In this document: positions 45,510-53,693 of the stretch, one piece after another
Layout: each line of letters starts with the position of its first letter
How positions within the stretch are numbered: the stretch's first letter is position 1
NCBI GenBank assembly: GCA_023230525.1
Contig: JALNXE010000005.1
Span: 7,079 to 71,078 of the forward strand
Length of the DNA stretch: 64,000 nt
From: Desulfobulbaceae bacterium
Lineage (GTDB): Bacteria > Desulfobacterota > Desulfobulbia > Desulfobulbales > SURF-16
Direction: 5' to 3'
Position numbers and translations under genes: made by a program
Notes under the pieces: model-generated
Database searches by the model: none
What the model was told of the DNA's origin: nothing
Seen by the model: only the letters and a program-made list of their open reading frames with translations

Positions 45510-46163
45510 ATGCAGAAGAAAATGCTTGCCCCCTCTATTCTTTCCGCCGATTTTTCGCGGCTGGGGGAAGAGATTAACGACGTGATCAAGGCCGGCGCCG
45601 ATGTCATCCATGTGGATGTCATGGACGGCCATTTTGTGCCCAACATCACCATCGGGCCGCTGGTGGTGGCGGCGGTGCGGAAGATCTGCCGGCACCCCCT
45701 GGACGTGCATCTGATGATCAGTGATGCCGACCGCTACCTTGAGGCCTTTGCCGAGGCCGGGGCGGACTGGATCACCGTGCATGTTGAGGCTTGCACCCAT
45801 CTGCACCGCACCATCCAGCACATCAGAAAGCTCGGAAAAAAGGCCGGAGTGGTGCTGAACCCCGCCACCTCGCTGGCAACCCTGGACTACATCCTGGAAG
45901 ATGTTGATCTGGTGATGCTGATGAGTGTCAATCCTGGTTTCGGCGGCCAGTCCTTTATCCCTTCCACCCTGGATAAAATCCGCGCCTTAAAGGCACGCAT
46001 CGATCAGCTCGGGCTTTCGACGGGCATTGAAATTGACGGCGGGGTAAGCCCTGCTAATATCAGTGCCATCTCCGCCGCCGGCGCCAATATCTTCGTGGCC
46101 GGTTCCGCGGTTTTCTCCGGCGACTACCTCCAGACGGTGGCGGCGCTCAAAAGCCGCTGGTAG
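45510..46163 (+). CDS. rpe: Ribulose-phosphate 3-epimerase
   Basis: Contains PSILSADF, HVDVMDGHFVPNIT, VNPGFGGQ and IEIDGG. Confidence 0.95.
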   Translation: MQKKMLAPSILSADFSRLGEEINDVIKAGADVIHVDVMDGHFVPNITIGPLVVAAVRKICRHPLDVHLMISDADRYLEAFAEAGADWITVHVEACTHLHRTIQHIRKLGKKAGVVLNPATSLATLDYILEDVDLVMLMSVNPGFGGQSFIPSTLDKIRALKARIDQLGLSTGIEIDGGVSPANISAISAAGANIFVAGSAVFSGDYLQTVAALKSRW

Positions 46164-46174
46164 AAAATCCCCTG

Positions 46175-48286
46175 CTAGCGTAACCCCACGGCGTCGCTCT
46201 CCGCATTGCCCGCCATACCCCAGAGCGCCGACTTGCGGCGGGAGGTGGTCCGCACCTTGACATCTTTGGAGTCACTTTGCCCTGCGGCATCCACTGCCGT
46301 GACCCGCAGCACGGGTCCGGGCTCCGTTGAGGTGTAAAAGGAGGAGGGCATGGCAAAGGTGATAATGGAGCCCTGCTCATTGTTCTTTTTAATCTGCACC
46401 GGCACCCCGGATATCTGCTCCCAGCGGAAGCTCAGCGTGCTTCTGGCCTCATCCCTGGTGGGGCTGGCATCAATGCGCACCGTTTCCCCGACCATATAGG
46501 TGCCGGCCATTTCCCCGAGGCGTATTTCCGGCGCCAGATCGCCGCGCCTGACCAGCATGGTCACCTTGCCCAGCCCGGAACTCAGCCCCCCCTTTTTAAA
46601 ACGGTAATGCAGAACATCCTTGCCGCTAAAGGCGGGATCAGGCCGGTAGACATACCTGCCGCCATCGACTTTACTCAGGCTGCCCTTCAGCCGGGAATCG
46701 TCAACCTCAACGGAGACCTTGGCGCTGTAAGGGCTGTGATTCGCCTCACGCCAGATACGAGCCCAGTCTATTATCACCTTAGCGGTGCTTGCCGTATCAA
46801 AGGTCTTGTTCTTGGCAAAGACCTTCGCCCTGGCCGCCTTGAAAGATTTTTTCGCCGCCTCTGCCCGCTGCTTTTCCTTTTCCACCGCCAGTTTGGCCAA
46901 ATTCGGCCCGGTAATGACCACCTTGGCCAGAGCGCTGCTCTCTTTTCCATCACTGGCCTTGTACTCGAAGCGGTCCTCGCCCGGGAAATCATTATTCGGC
47001 AGATAAACCAGCGCGGGGGCCTCGCCGGACAGCCGGCCATGCTGCGGCGGGGTGGCCACCTCATAGGTGACCGTGTCGCCGTCATCATCCTTGGCGCTGA
47101 GGGGCACTGCTACCTCCCCTCCGGTTTCCGGCATGGTAAACAGGCTGTCACCGACCACCGGCACATGATTGACAGCCGCCTGGGGTTGCGGCTCCTCCAC
47201 CTTGGCCACCGGCTCGGCACTCTGCATGGGAATCGCCGGTTCCTTTTTTGGACCGGACCGCAAAAAATAAACCCCCGAAGCCACGACAAGGGCGAGACAA
47301 ACGGCGATAACCGTGGCAACGGTCTTGTTGATCGACGCAGGCAGAAAGGGAAGAACACCGCCTGTTCCCTGGTCTTTGGCAGGTTTTTCATGGTTCATAT
47401 TATCAATGTCACCGGCCACGGTTACTTCGCCGGAGGATGTCTTATTCGACTTGGCTGTATCGCCTACCTCCTGGAAATCATCATCTCCCTCCAGCACATC
47501 GGCGAGATCCATCTCCTCGGCCGGGAACGGCTCTTCCGCCTCATCATCGTCCAGCCCTGAAAAAAGCTGATCAATTTCATCCTGATCCACATCCAGCCCT
47601 TGGCCACGACCAACCTCGCCGGCTGGACCGGCTGCCAGGAAGTCACTGGCCGCAAGCTCTTTTTCCTCTTTGTCAGCCCCGCGCAGCAGCGCATCGATAT
47701 TGTCCTGATCAAGCTCTCCCGAATCCCCGGCCTGGGGAGAATCGTCATCATCAGCCCCTAAAAGAAGATCAATATTGGCCTGGTCAAGTTCCCCGCTGCC
47801 GGTCTCCTCCTGCTGCCCAGGAGCGGCAGTCTGTTGGCCGGGGCGTTCCTCCAAACCGCCGAGCAGGGCATCAATATTGGCCTGGTCCAGCTCTACCGGG
47901 GCATTGTCACCCAGGGCTTCGGCAGATTTTGCTTCTCCGTCATCGTCATCCTCCCCGCTGCCGCCCAGCAGGGCATCAATGTTGGCCTGATCCAGTTCCA
48001 CCGAGGTGTTGTCTGCCGCCTCCGCCGGTGCCGCCGCCTTTTGCTCCCCAACTTCCAGGTTGCCCCCCAGCAGGGCGTCTATATTGGCCTGGTCCAGATC
48101 CACCGAGGCGTTGTCGGCCGGCGGAGCTTCTGCCTTACCCGTCTCCGGTTCAGAGGCCCCGGACTCCACGCCACTCAGCAGGGCATCGATGTTCTCCTGG
48201 TCAAGTTCCCCGGAAAATTCGTCCGCATCATCCAGATCTTCGAGCCAGTCATCCAGATCAGAGGTTGTCTGTTTTTCGTCCGCCAT
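46175..48286 (-). CDS. Bitopic membrane protein with a cytoplasmic acidic tail carrying seven LDQxNIDALLGG units and periplasmic Ig/cadherin-like domains
   Basis: 703 aa. Residues 1-275 are extremely acidic and carry the repeated motif. The single TM segment is about aa 322-342 (VATVIAVCLALVVASGVYFL). The remainder has beta-rich Ig-like segments (VVGDSLFTMPETGGEVAVPLSAKDDDGDTVTYEV...DRFEYKASDG). Confidence 0.75.
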   Translation of the reverse strand: MADEKQTTSDLDDWLEDLDDADEFSGELDQENIDALLSGVESGASEPETGKAEAPPADNASVDLDQANIDALLGGNLEVGEQKAAAPAEAADNTSVELDQANIDALLGGSGEDDDDGEAKSAEALGDNAPVELDQANIDALLGGLEERPGQQTAAPGQQEETGSGELDQANIDLLLGADDDDSPQAGDSGELDQDNIDALLRGADKEEKELAASDFLAAGPAGEVGRGQGLDVDQDEIDQLFSGLDDDEAEEPFPAEEMDLADVLEGDDDFQEVGDTAKSNKTSSGEVTVAGDIDNMNHEKPAKDQGTGGVLPFLPASINKTVATVIAVCLALVVASGVYFLRSGPKKEPAIPMQSAEPVAKVEEPQPQAAVNHVPVVGDSLFTMPETGGEVAVPLSAKDDDGDTVTYEVATPPQHGRLSGEAPALVYLPNNDFPGEDRFEYKASDGKESSALAKVVITGPNLAKLAVEKEKQRAEAAKKSFKAARAKVFAKNKTFDTASTAKVIIDWARIWREANHSPYSAKVSVEVDDSRLKGSLSKVDGGRYVYRPDPAFSGKDVLHYRFKKGGLSSGLGKVTMLVRRGDLAPEIRLGEMAGTYMVGETVRIDASPTRDEARSTLSFRWEQISGVPVQIKKNNEQGSIITFAMPSSFYTSTEPGPVLRVTAVDAAGQSDSKDVKVRTTSRRKSALWGMAGNAESDAVGLR
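47555..48208 (-). repeat. Seven in-frame copies of a unit encoding (E/V)LDQ(A/E/D)NID(A/L)LL(G/S/R)G, separated by variable acidic linkers
   Basis: Protein positions 28-39, 64-75, 98-109, 133-144, 167-177, 192-203 and 233-244 (the last is divergent: VDQDEIDQLFSG). The units are visible on the plus strand as recurring ...GCCGAGCAGGGCATCAATATTGGCCTGGTCCAG... Confidence 0.85.
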
Positions 48287-48300
48287 GGCCTGACCCTTTG

Positions 48301-48852
48301 TCAGTTATTCTTGTAACTTTCCACGTAGGAATGTAAAAACCGGTAGATAGGTTCAGACATCTCCACACTCACCACATGGGACCGCCCCTCACCGACAAAA
48401 TTTCTGCCGCTGATACGAACCCGCAGGTAACCATCCACCTCCTCAATGACACCTTCCATCGTCTGGGGAAAATTATCTGCTGCCAGGTAATTTGCAGCCG
48501 GAGCACTGTTGATCATGGCGGCCATCTGATCCGCCAGGGTGATGCCGAGCATGGTCATTTTATGGACCTGATAATCGCCGACCACGGCAAACGGGGACAC
48601 CTCCACCGCTTGCGGCCCATAAAAGCCCTGGAAGACCCCGCTGGCATCATCACAGATCAGGGTGACCAGCTCGGCCAGATTGGAATATCGCTGGTAGCTG
48701 ATCTGCTTGGGGTACTCGTCTGCGGTAATCATTTCCCCCCCGGCTTCATCCATGGCCCACAGGGGTGGGGCAAGGGCGGCGGCCAGCAAAGGCAGGGCCA
48801 AGGCCGCCCCGCATCCCAACAGCATTTTGTGCAATGTCTTCACGTTGATCAT
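48301..48852 (-). CDS. FlgO-like periplasmic protein (most divergent of three paralogues)
   Basis: Signal peptide (GAALALPLLAAALAPPLWA), then ...VSPFAVVGDYQVHKMTMLGITLADQMAAMIN...GVIEEVDGYLRVRISGRN, which has the same layout as the two upstream genes. Confidence 0.4.
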   Translation of the reverse strand: MINVKTLHKMLLGCGAALALPLLAAALAPPLWAMDEAGGEMITADEYPKQISYQRYSNLAELVTLICDDASGVFQGFYGPQAVEVSPFAVVGDYQVHKMTMLGITLADQMAAMINSAPAANYLAADNFPQTMEGVIEEVDGYLRVRISGRNFVGEGRSHVVSVEMSEPIYRFLHSYVESYKNN

Positions 48853-48869
48853 CCTCCCGTGTCCGGCGA

Positions 48870-49622
48870 TTAATTATTCATTCCCCGGACAGTAATGGTC
48901 GACGGCTGCTCACCTCCCTGAAAAAAGGCAAGCAGATCCCGGGTGAAAGGCATGGTGTAGCGCCAGGATGATTTTACCAGCCCGTCCTGCAGGCTCACCA
49001 GTCTTCCCTGGACGATCAGGGTTTTCCGGGTATTGCTGAAGGTCGACACCACGACATAATCGAGCTCAGGGGCAATATTGGCCAGTTCACCGACATTCTG
49101 GGTCAGGATGAACTCGCCGGTCTGGGCAATAATATTGATCTCCTTGCCCAGCCGCAGTTCGGTTACCTTCAGCCCCCGGTCAGCCAGGTCGGTCAGCAGA
49201 TACTCGGCCATGACCCGGCCGAACTCCGTATCGCGTTTGAGATCGGACAAAGGTACCGCGGCAACCACGGCAACCCGGGCGGAATAGTTCTTTTCGCCAT
49301 CCTCCTTCAGTTCGTAAAAGACCTTGCCGGCCACCTCCTTGGAAATATCAGAGAGCTGGCTTTCCGTTGCCTGGGAACGGGAACTTTCCGGCATGTATTG
49401 ATAAATCCGGTATCGGTGGGCGATGGGGGCGGGCATCAGCCCGTTTTGCTCCATGCCCTCGGTGCCCTTCTTCTCCTCAACCTTGAGATAGGCATTGGGG
49501 GATGAAGCCCCGCTCTCGTTAATCACCGGTTGACTTTCCGGTGCCGGGGCCTTGGCGCAGGCAAAGTTAAAAAGCGCCAGCAGAGCCGCGCAGACCGCCA
49601 CCTTGATCATTGTTATCTTCAT
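48870..49622 (-). CDS. FlgO-like outer-membrane/periplasmic lipoprotein
   Basis: Lipobox LFNFAC, then VAVVAAVPLSDLKRDTEFGRVMAEYLLTDLADRGLKVTELR...GEFILTQ...LDYVVVSTFSNTRKTLIVQGRLVSLQDG. This pattern matches what I recall of Vibrio FlgO (IAVTSFVDL..TS.LG..LAE.L...L...GY.V.D......GDF.FSR......YVLSGT......VNARIV). Confidence 0.5.
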   Translation of the reverse strand: MKITMIKVAVCAALLALFNFACAKAPAPESQPVINESGASSPNAYLKVEEKKGTEGMEQNGLMPAPIAHRYRIYQYMPESSRSQATESQLSDISKEVAGKVFYELKEDGEKNYSARVAVVAAVPLSDLKRDTEFGRVMAEYLLTDLADRGLKVTELRLGKEINIIAQTGEFILTQNVGELANIAPELDYVVVSTFSNTRKTLIVQGRLVSLQDGLVKSSWRYTMPFTRDLLAFFQGGEQPSTITVRGMNN

Positions 49623-49679
49623 CGCTTCACCCCTTTGTCTAAAAGCAAACCGTACATTTTAAGTACATAGGTTTTCCCC

Positions 49680-50348
49680 TTACATTTCAAGTTCTTTCAT
49701 GTAAATCACCCCTGCCGAGTGCTTCTGGGCGGCGGCGGAATCCTGCAGCATCCAGTCGCCCAGCGCATTGCGCGGAAAAATAACCGTGGTGCCGGACAAG
49801 AGTTCGCCCCCCCGGTTGTCGACAATGCTGGCATTGACGATAATTTCCTTATCCCCCACCAGATAGGTGCCGGTAAGCATGGCCCGGGCCTCATGGGCAG
49901 AAGGGATCTCGTCCGGGTTGCGGGACAGGCCGAATTCGCCTCTTTTTTCCTGCACCACCACCCCGAGACTCTTGCGCATGTCAATGACCCGAAAGGCATA
50001 ACGCTGCATTTCGTTCATCAGCTGCCCGGCCACATAGCGGCCGAAGGACGAGGTTCTGTAGAGATTATTGATATCGACAAAGGTAGTGACCACCAGTCCG
50101 TCAGCCAGGGTGCCGTTCACCGGATCAGGATCGGCCAGCAGGACGACCAGGTCATCCGCCAGGGCCTGAATCTTCCGCACCAGCTCGTCCGCCTCGTTTT
50201 GGGCGGCATCCGGCGCGGCGCGGAATCTTTCCGGCTCAAGGTAGGTGGGAGTCATCCCCGCCTCATTGGACTGAAATGATTGTGCCGGCCCGCAAAAAAC
50301 AGCCAGGGAAAAAACCGACAACAGCAGCAGTGATTTTATCTGAGACAT
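49680..50348 (-). CDS. FlgO-like periplasmic protein
   Basis: The ATG at 50348 sits 8 nt after AAGGA and gives MSQIKSLLLLSVFSLAVFCGPAQS (signal). It is followed by LVVTTFVDINNLYRTSSFGRYVAGQLMNEMQRYAFRVIDMRK...GEFGLSRN...AMLTGTYLVGDKEIIVNASIVDNRGG. Confidence 0.55.
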   Translation of the reverse strand: MSQIKSLLLLSVFSLAVFCGPAQSFQSNEAGMTPTYLEPERFRAAPDAAQNEADELVRKIQALADDLVVLLADPDPVNGTLADGLVVTTFVDINNLYRTSSFGRYVAGQLMNEMQRYAFRVIDMRKSLGVVVQEKRGEFGLSRNPDEIPSAHEARAMLTGTYLVGDKEIIVNASIVDNRGGELLSGTTVIFPRNALGDWMLQDSAAAQKHSAGVIYMKELEM

Positions 50349-50575
50349 ATGTTTCATCCTTATCAATGTGGTCCGGGCTGCGGGAACAGTAAACACAGTA
50401 AACACGCGCATGCCCGCTCTATGGACAATCAGCATCTGATAATCCATCCTGGACGGTTTCTTTCTTTTCCTGTAAAATCTAACATCGGTATAAACAGTCA
50501 GTACCTTTAATAAAAAATGAACTGGGCATCATCCTTTTACGATATCAGCCAAGGTGCCTAAAACAGGAATGCAGC

Positions 50576-52255
50576 ATGCCGCCGGCAACCCTCCCCCTTC
50601 ACTCCTTTATTGAAAACTGGCGGAAACCGGCGGGACTCAGGGCTGCTGCCGTGATTTTCACCATCGAGATTCTCCTGGCGGCTGTCACCGCCATCGTTTA
50701 TTACACCGGCGGCACCAGTTTTTCCTGGCTTCATCTGATGTATGTTCCCATCATCATAGCCGCCGCCGTGTTCAGAATCAGCGGCGGCGTGACTGCCGCC
50801 CTTGCCGCCGGTCTGCTGATTGGACCATGGATGCCCCTTTATGTGCCCGAGGGCATTCCCCAGGAAACGGCAAACTGGCTGTTCCGCATCTTTTTCTTTT
50901 TGATTGCCGCCATCCTTACCGGACTGTTCTCAAAATGGTTCAACGACCAGATAGACCGGGCCCAGCAGCAGTCGCTGCATGACCCGCTGACCGGCCTCCC
51001 CAATTATCTGTCCCTGCAGAATTTTCTGCAGCAGGTGCTGGAGCGGCCCGGGAACGGCAGGCCCCCCTTGGCCGTGGCCGTCATCATCATCAGCAACCTG
51101 CAACAGATCGTTGACACCCTGAGTTACCGCTCAGCCAATGTTCTCGCCCTGCAGATCGCCGACCGGCTCCGCCACGCCTCCCTGCCCCAGGCAACATTCT
51201 ATAAACTGCAGAACAATATTCTGGCCATTGCCGCCCACGATGCTGAACCGCATCATTTTATCAAACTATGCCGCCAGGTTACCCAGAACCTGAAAGAACC
51301 TTTTTACTTTGAGGAAATTCCGGTCATTATCAACATGCACGTGGGTGTGGTGAGCAATGAAGAAAAAAGGGAAAGCCCGGATGAAATGATTCAAAAGGCC
51401 AGCGTTGCCGCCCACTTTGCCGAGGAACAGAACCTGCTCTACTCGGCCTATAATAAAAATTTTGACAACAGCAGCGTGAAACGGCTGTCGCTGCTGGGCA
51501 CCATGAAGGAAGCCCTGCTGGCGGATGAGCTTATCCTCTTTCTGCAGCCCAAGGTTGCCATTGCCACGGGGACAATCGTCGGCGCCGAGGCCCTGATCCG
51601 CTGGCAGCATCCGCGGCACGGTTTGCTTTCTCCCGAAATGTTTGTGCCTGAAGCGGAAAAAACCTGGCTCATCCATCCCCTTGCCCTGTTTGCCGTAAAA
51701 GCCGGCCTCAGGCAACTGCAGCACTGGCAGGATGCCGGCCATGATCTGACCCTGTCCATCAACCTCACCTCCCATAATATCCAGGATCGCAGCCTCATCG
51801 CGGAACTGATCGAATTAGTCAAGCATTTCAACATCAATGCCGCCAACCTGGAAATCGAGATTACCGAGCGATCCCTGATTACGGACATGAAAACAGCGGC
51901 AGAGGTGCTCACCTCCCTGAAAAACATCGGCATCAAAATCTCCATTGACGATTTCGGCAGCGGCTACTCCGCCTCAAGCTATCTGCAGACCCTGCCTATC
52001 GATACCGTCAAGATCGACCAGAGCCTGATCGGCAATCTCTTTTCCTCCTCCCTCAACACCTCTCTGGTGAAACACATCCTGGCAGCGGCCCGTGATCTTA
52101 ACCTGACCACGGTGGCCGAAGGAGTGGAGTCACGAGAGCTTTTTAATATTCTCGGGGAAATGGGCTGCGATCAGGCCCAAGGTTACTATATCAGCAAACC
52201 TCTGGCGGAAAATGAATTCACCACCTGGCTGAGCACTTCCCCTTGGCACTTGTGA
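50576..52255 (+). CDS. Membrane-anchored c-di-GMP phosphodiesterase (degenerate GGDEF plus active EAL)
   Basis: Four to five N-terminal TM segments. The GGDEF-like domain has its signature replaced (…YKLQNNILAI…). The EAL domain has all the motifs: EALIRW, EITER, DDFGSGYSA, KIDQS, EGVES. Confidence 0.9.
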   Translation: MPPATLPLHSFIENWRKPAGLRAAAVIFTIEILLAAVTAIVYYTGGTSFSWLHLMYVPIIIAAAVFRISGGVTAALAAGLLIGPWMPLYVPEGIPQETANWLFRIFFFLIAAILTGLFSKWFNDQIDRAQQQSLHDPLTGLPNYLSLQNFLQQVLERPGNGRPPLAVAVIIISNLQQIVDTLSYRSANVLALQIADRLRHASLPQATFYKLQNNILAIAAHDAEPHHFIKLCRQVTQNLKEPFYFEEIPVIINMHVGVVSNEEKRESPDEMIQKASVAAHFAEEQNLLYSAYNKNFDNSSVKRLSLLGTMKEALLADELILFLQPKVAIATGTIVGAEALIRWQHPRHGLLSPEMFVPEAEKTWLIHPLALFAVKAGLRQLQHWQDAGHDLTLSINLTSHNIQDRSLIAELIELVKHFNINAANLEIEITERSLITDMKTAAEVLTSLKNIGIKISIDDFGSGYSASSYLQTLPIDTVKIDQSLIGNLFSSSLNTSLVKHILAAARDLNLTTVAEGVESRELFNILGEMGCDQAQGYYISKPLAENEFTTWLSTSPWHL

Positions 52256-52365
52256 AAATTAGCCCTGGCCTGGACTGAGATTCCATGCTATACAACAGCC
52301 CACCGGACAGACAGGCCAGTTCGCAGCGGTTGCCTGCCATAACTTTTAACGCCAATGAATGACCG

Positions 52366-52866
52366 ATGAGCAGCAAGGAAATGTTTCTGGAGGATGAGGT
52401 TTTCATTATTGAGGATGCCGGCGGCGAGATGCCGGAAGTGGCGATGCACGGCTCTCTGTATTTTCTGTGCAGCGACCCGGAGGGACCGGGCCTCTCCCTG
52501 GAAAAACAGGATCACCTCCCCCTGAAAAAGGCGGTGATCAACCGTTATCAAACCATTATTCTCCGGGACCTGCAGCCGGAGAACAGAAAAAAAAGCATCT
52601 ATCGCGGGCTGCAGAGAAGCGCCATCAACTGGCGGCGCCTGAAGCTTTTTGCCGAGGCGCAAAATCTGGATACCGGCCATGTGCGCCAAAAGGTTGCCGC
52701 AGCCCTGGTCTCTTTCCTGGAGCAGGAGATCTGCTTCGTCAGGCTTGGTGAGAGATCCTGCATCAACTGCAGCCGGCAGACCCTCTGTGAGTTTGCCGGA
52801 GAACTGGGCCTCTGCAGCGAAGACCTGGCCGCGGGCTGGCAGGATCTCTGCTGTGGGCAGGAGTGA
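52366..52866 (+). CDS. Hypothetical Cys-rich protein
   Basis: 166 aa. Its composition looks more coding-like than the overlapping 236-aa minus-strand ORF (52288-52998), and the C-terminal half has CINCSRQTLC...DLCCG. I recognise no family. Confidence 0.4.
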   Translation: MSSKEMFLEDEVFIIEDAGGEMPEVAMHGSLYFLCSDPEGPGLSLEKQDHLPLKKAVINRYQTIILRDLQPENRKKSIYRGLQRSAINWRRLKLFAEAQNLDTGHVRQKVAAALVSFLEQEICFVRLGERSCINCSRQTLCEFAGELGLCSEDLAAGWQDLCCGQE

Positions 52867-52975
52867 GGAGACGATAATCTTTGCAAAAGCCGTTCCGGAG
52901 AGGCTGGAGCAATTTTCCAAAAAAAAAGCCGGGGCAATGCCCGGCCTTTCGCAAACTTCTCTGCTGATTTCGCGG

Positions 52976-53518
52976 TTAGTTCTTTTTGCGGTAAGCAATC
53001 AAGCCAGCCAGACTGGAACCCAGGAGCCAGACCGCTCCGGGCAGGGGGACCTCGCTGGTATCCACGGTCAGCACCGCTTTGTCATAATTGAAATTATCCA
53101 CGTCAAAGGGCAGAGTAAATCCCAAATCAGAATCAACGTTGAGGTTGAAAAACCCGTTATCTGTCAGGGCATCCGTAATAATGTTCGCATTGATATAGGT
53201 GGCCACATGGTTACCCTCACCCCACAGGGAGATGCCGAGGAACTGCCCATCAACCTCATCGAGGTTGGCATGCATCATGGATAACACGCTAGGGTTCGAA
53301 TCATTGAGATAGATGGCAAGAGTTGCGCCGGTGATGGTGGAGAGATCAAGGATGCTGCCGGTGACATCAAACTCATGCTCGACAGAGGAGACGCCAGCAG
53401 CCCCCATGAGGATATCTGCCGGATCATAGCTGAAATTATATGTAGCAGCCTGTGAAGAGGCGGCATACCCGAATGAAATCCCCGCGGCCAGCAAACCAAC
53501 CAGTAACCTGCGCATCAT
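52976..53518 (-). CDS. PEP-CTERM-type sorting-signal protein (putative exosortase substrate)
   Basis: Signal peptide MMRRLLVGLLAAGISFGYAASSQA. The C-terminus VPLPGAVWLLGSSLAGLIAYRKKN is a (V)P(L)P motif, a TM helix and a basic tail. Confidence 0.7.
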   Translation of the reverse strand: MMRRLLVGLLAAGISFGYAASSQAATYNFSYDPADILMGAAGVSSVEHEFDVTGSILDLSTITGATLAIYLNDSNPSVLSMMHANLDEVDGQFLGISLWGEGNHVATYINANIITDALTDNGFFNLNVDSDLGFTLPFDVDNFNYDKAVLTVDTSEVPLPGAVWLLGSSLAGLIAYRKKN

Positions 53519-53693
53519 AAATATCCCTCATTTTGCTTGTTAGTTATTCAATCAACTTACTTGTCAGTATTTTTTAGCCATAACACACTTTTTGATCCGA
53601 TGCACTGATAAATAAATTATGCAAAAAAATTTCCCGCAATATTTGCGAGCATTAGGAAGCCTGAGGGATGAATAGGGTTAAAGGGAATGACCG

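Noticed and set aside
53293-53302. GGTTCGAATC, a tRNA T-loop-like word.
   Set aside because: The flanking bases (TAGGG / CATTG) cannot form a T-stem, no acceptor or anticodon arms are present, and the word lies inside the PEP-CTERM protein CDS.
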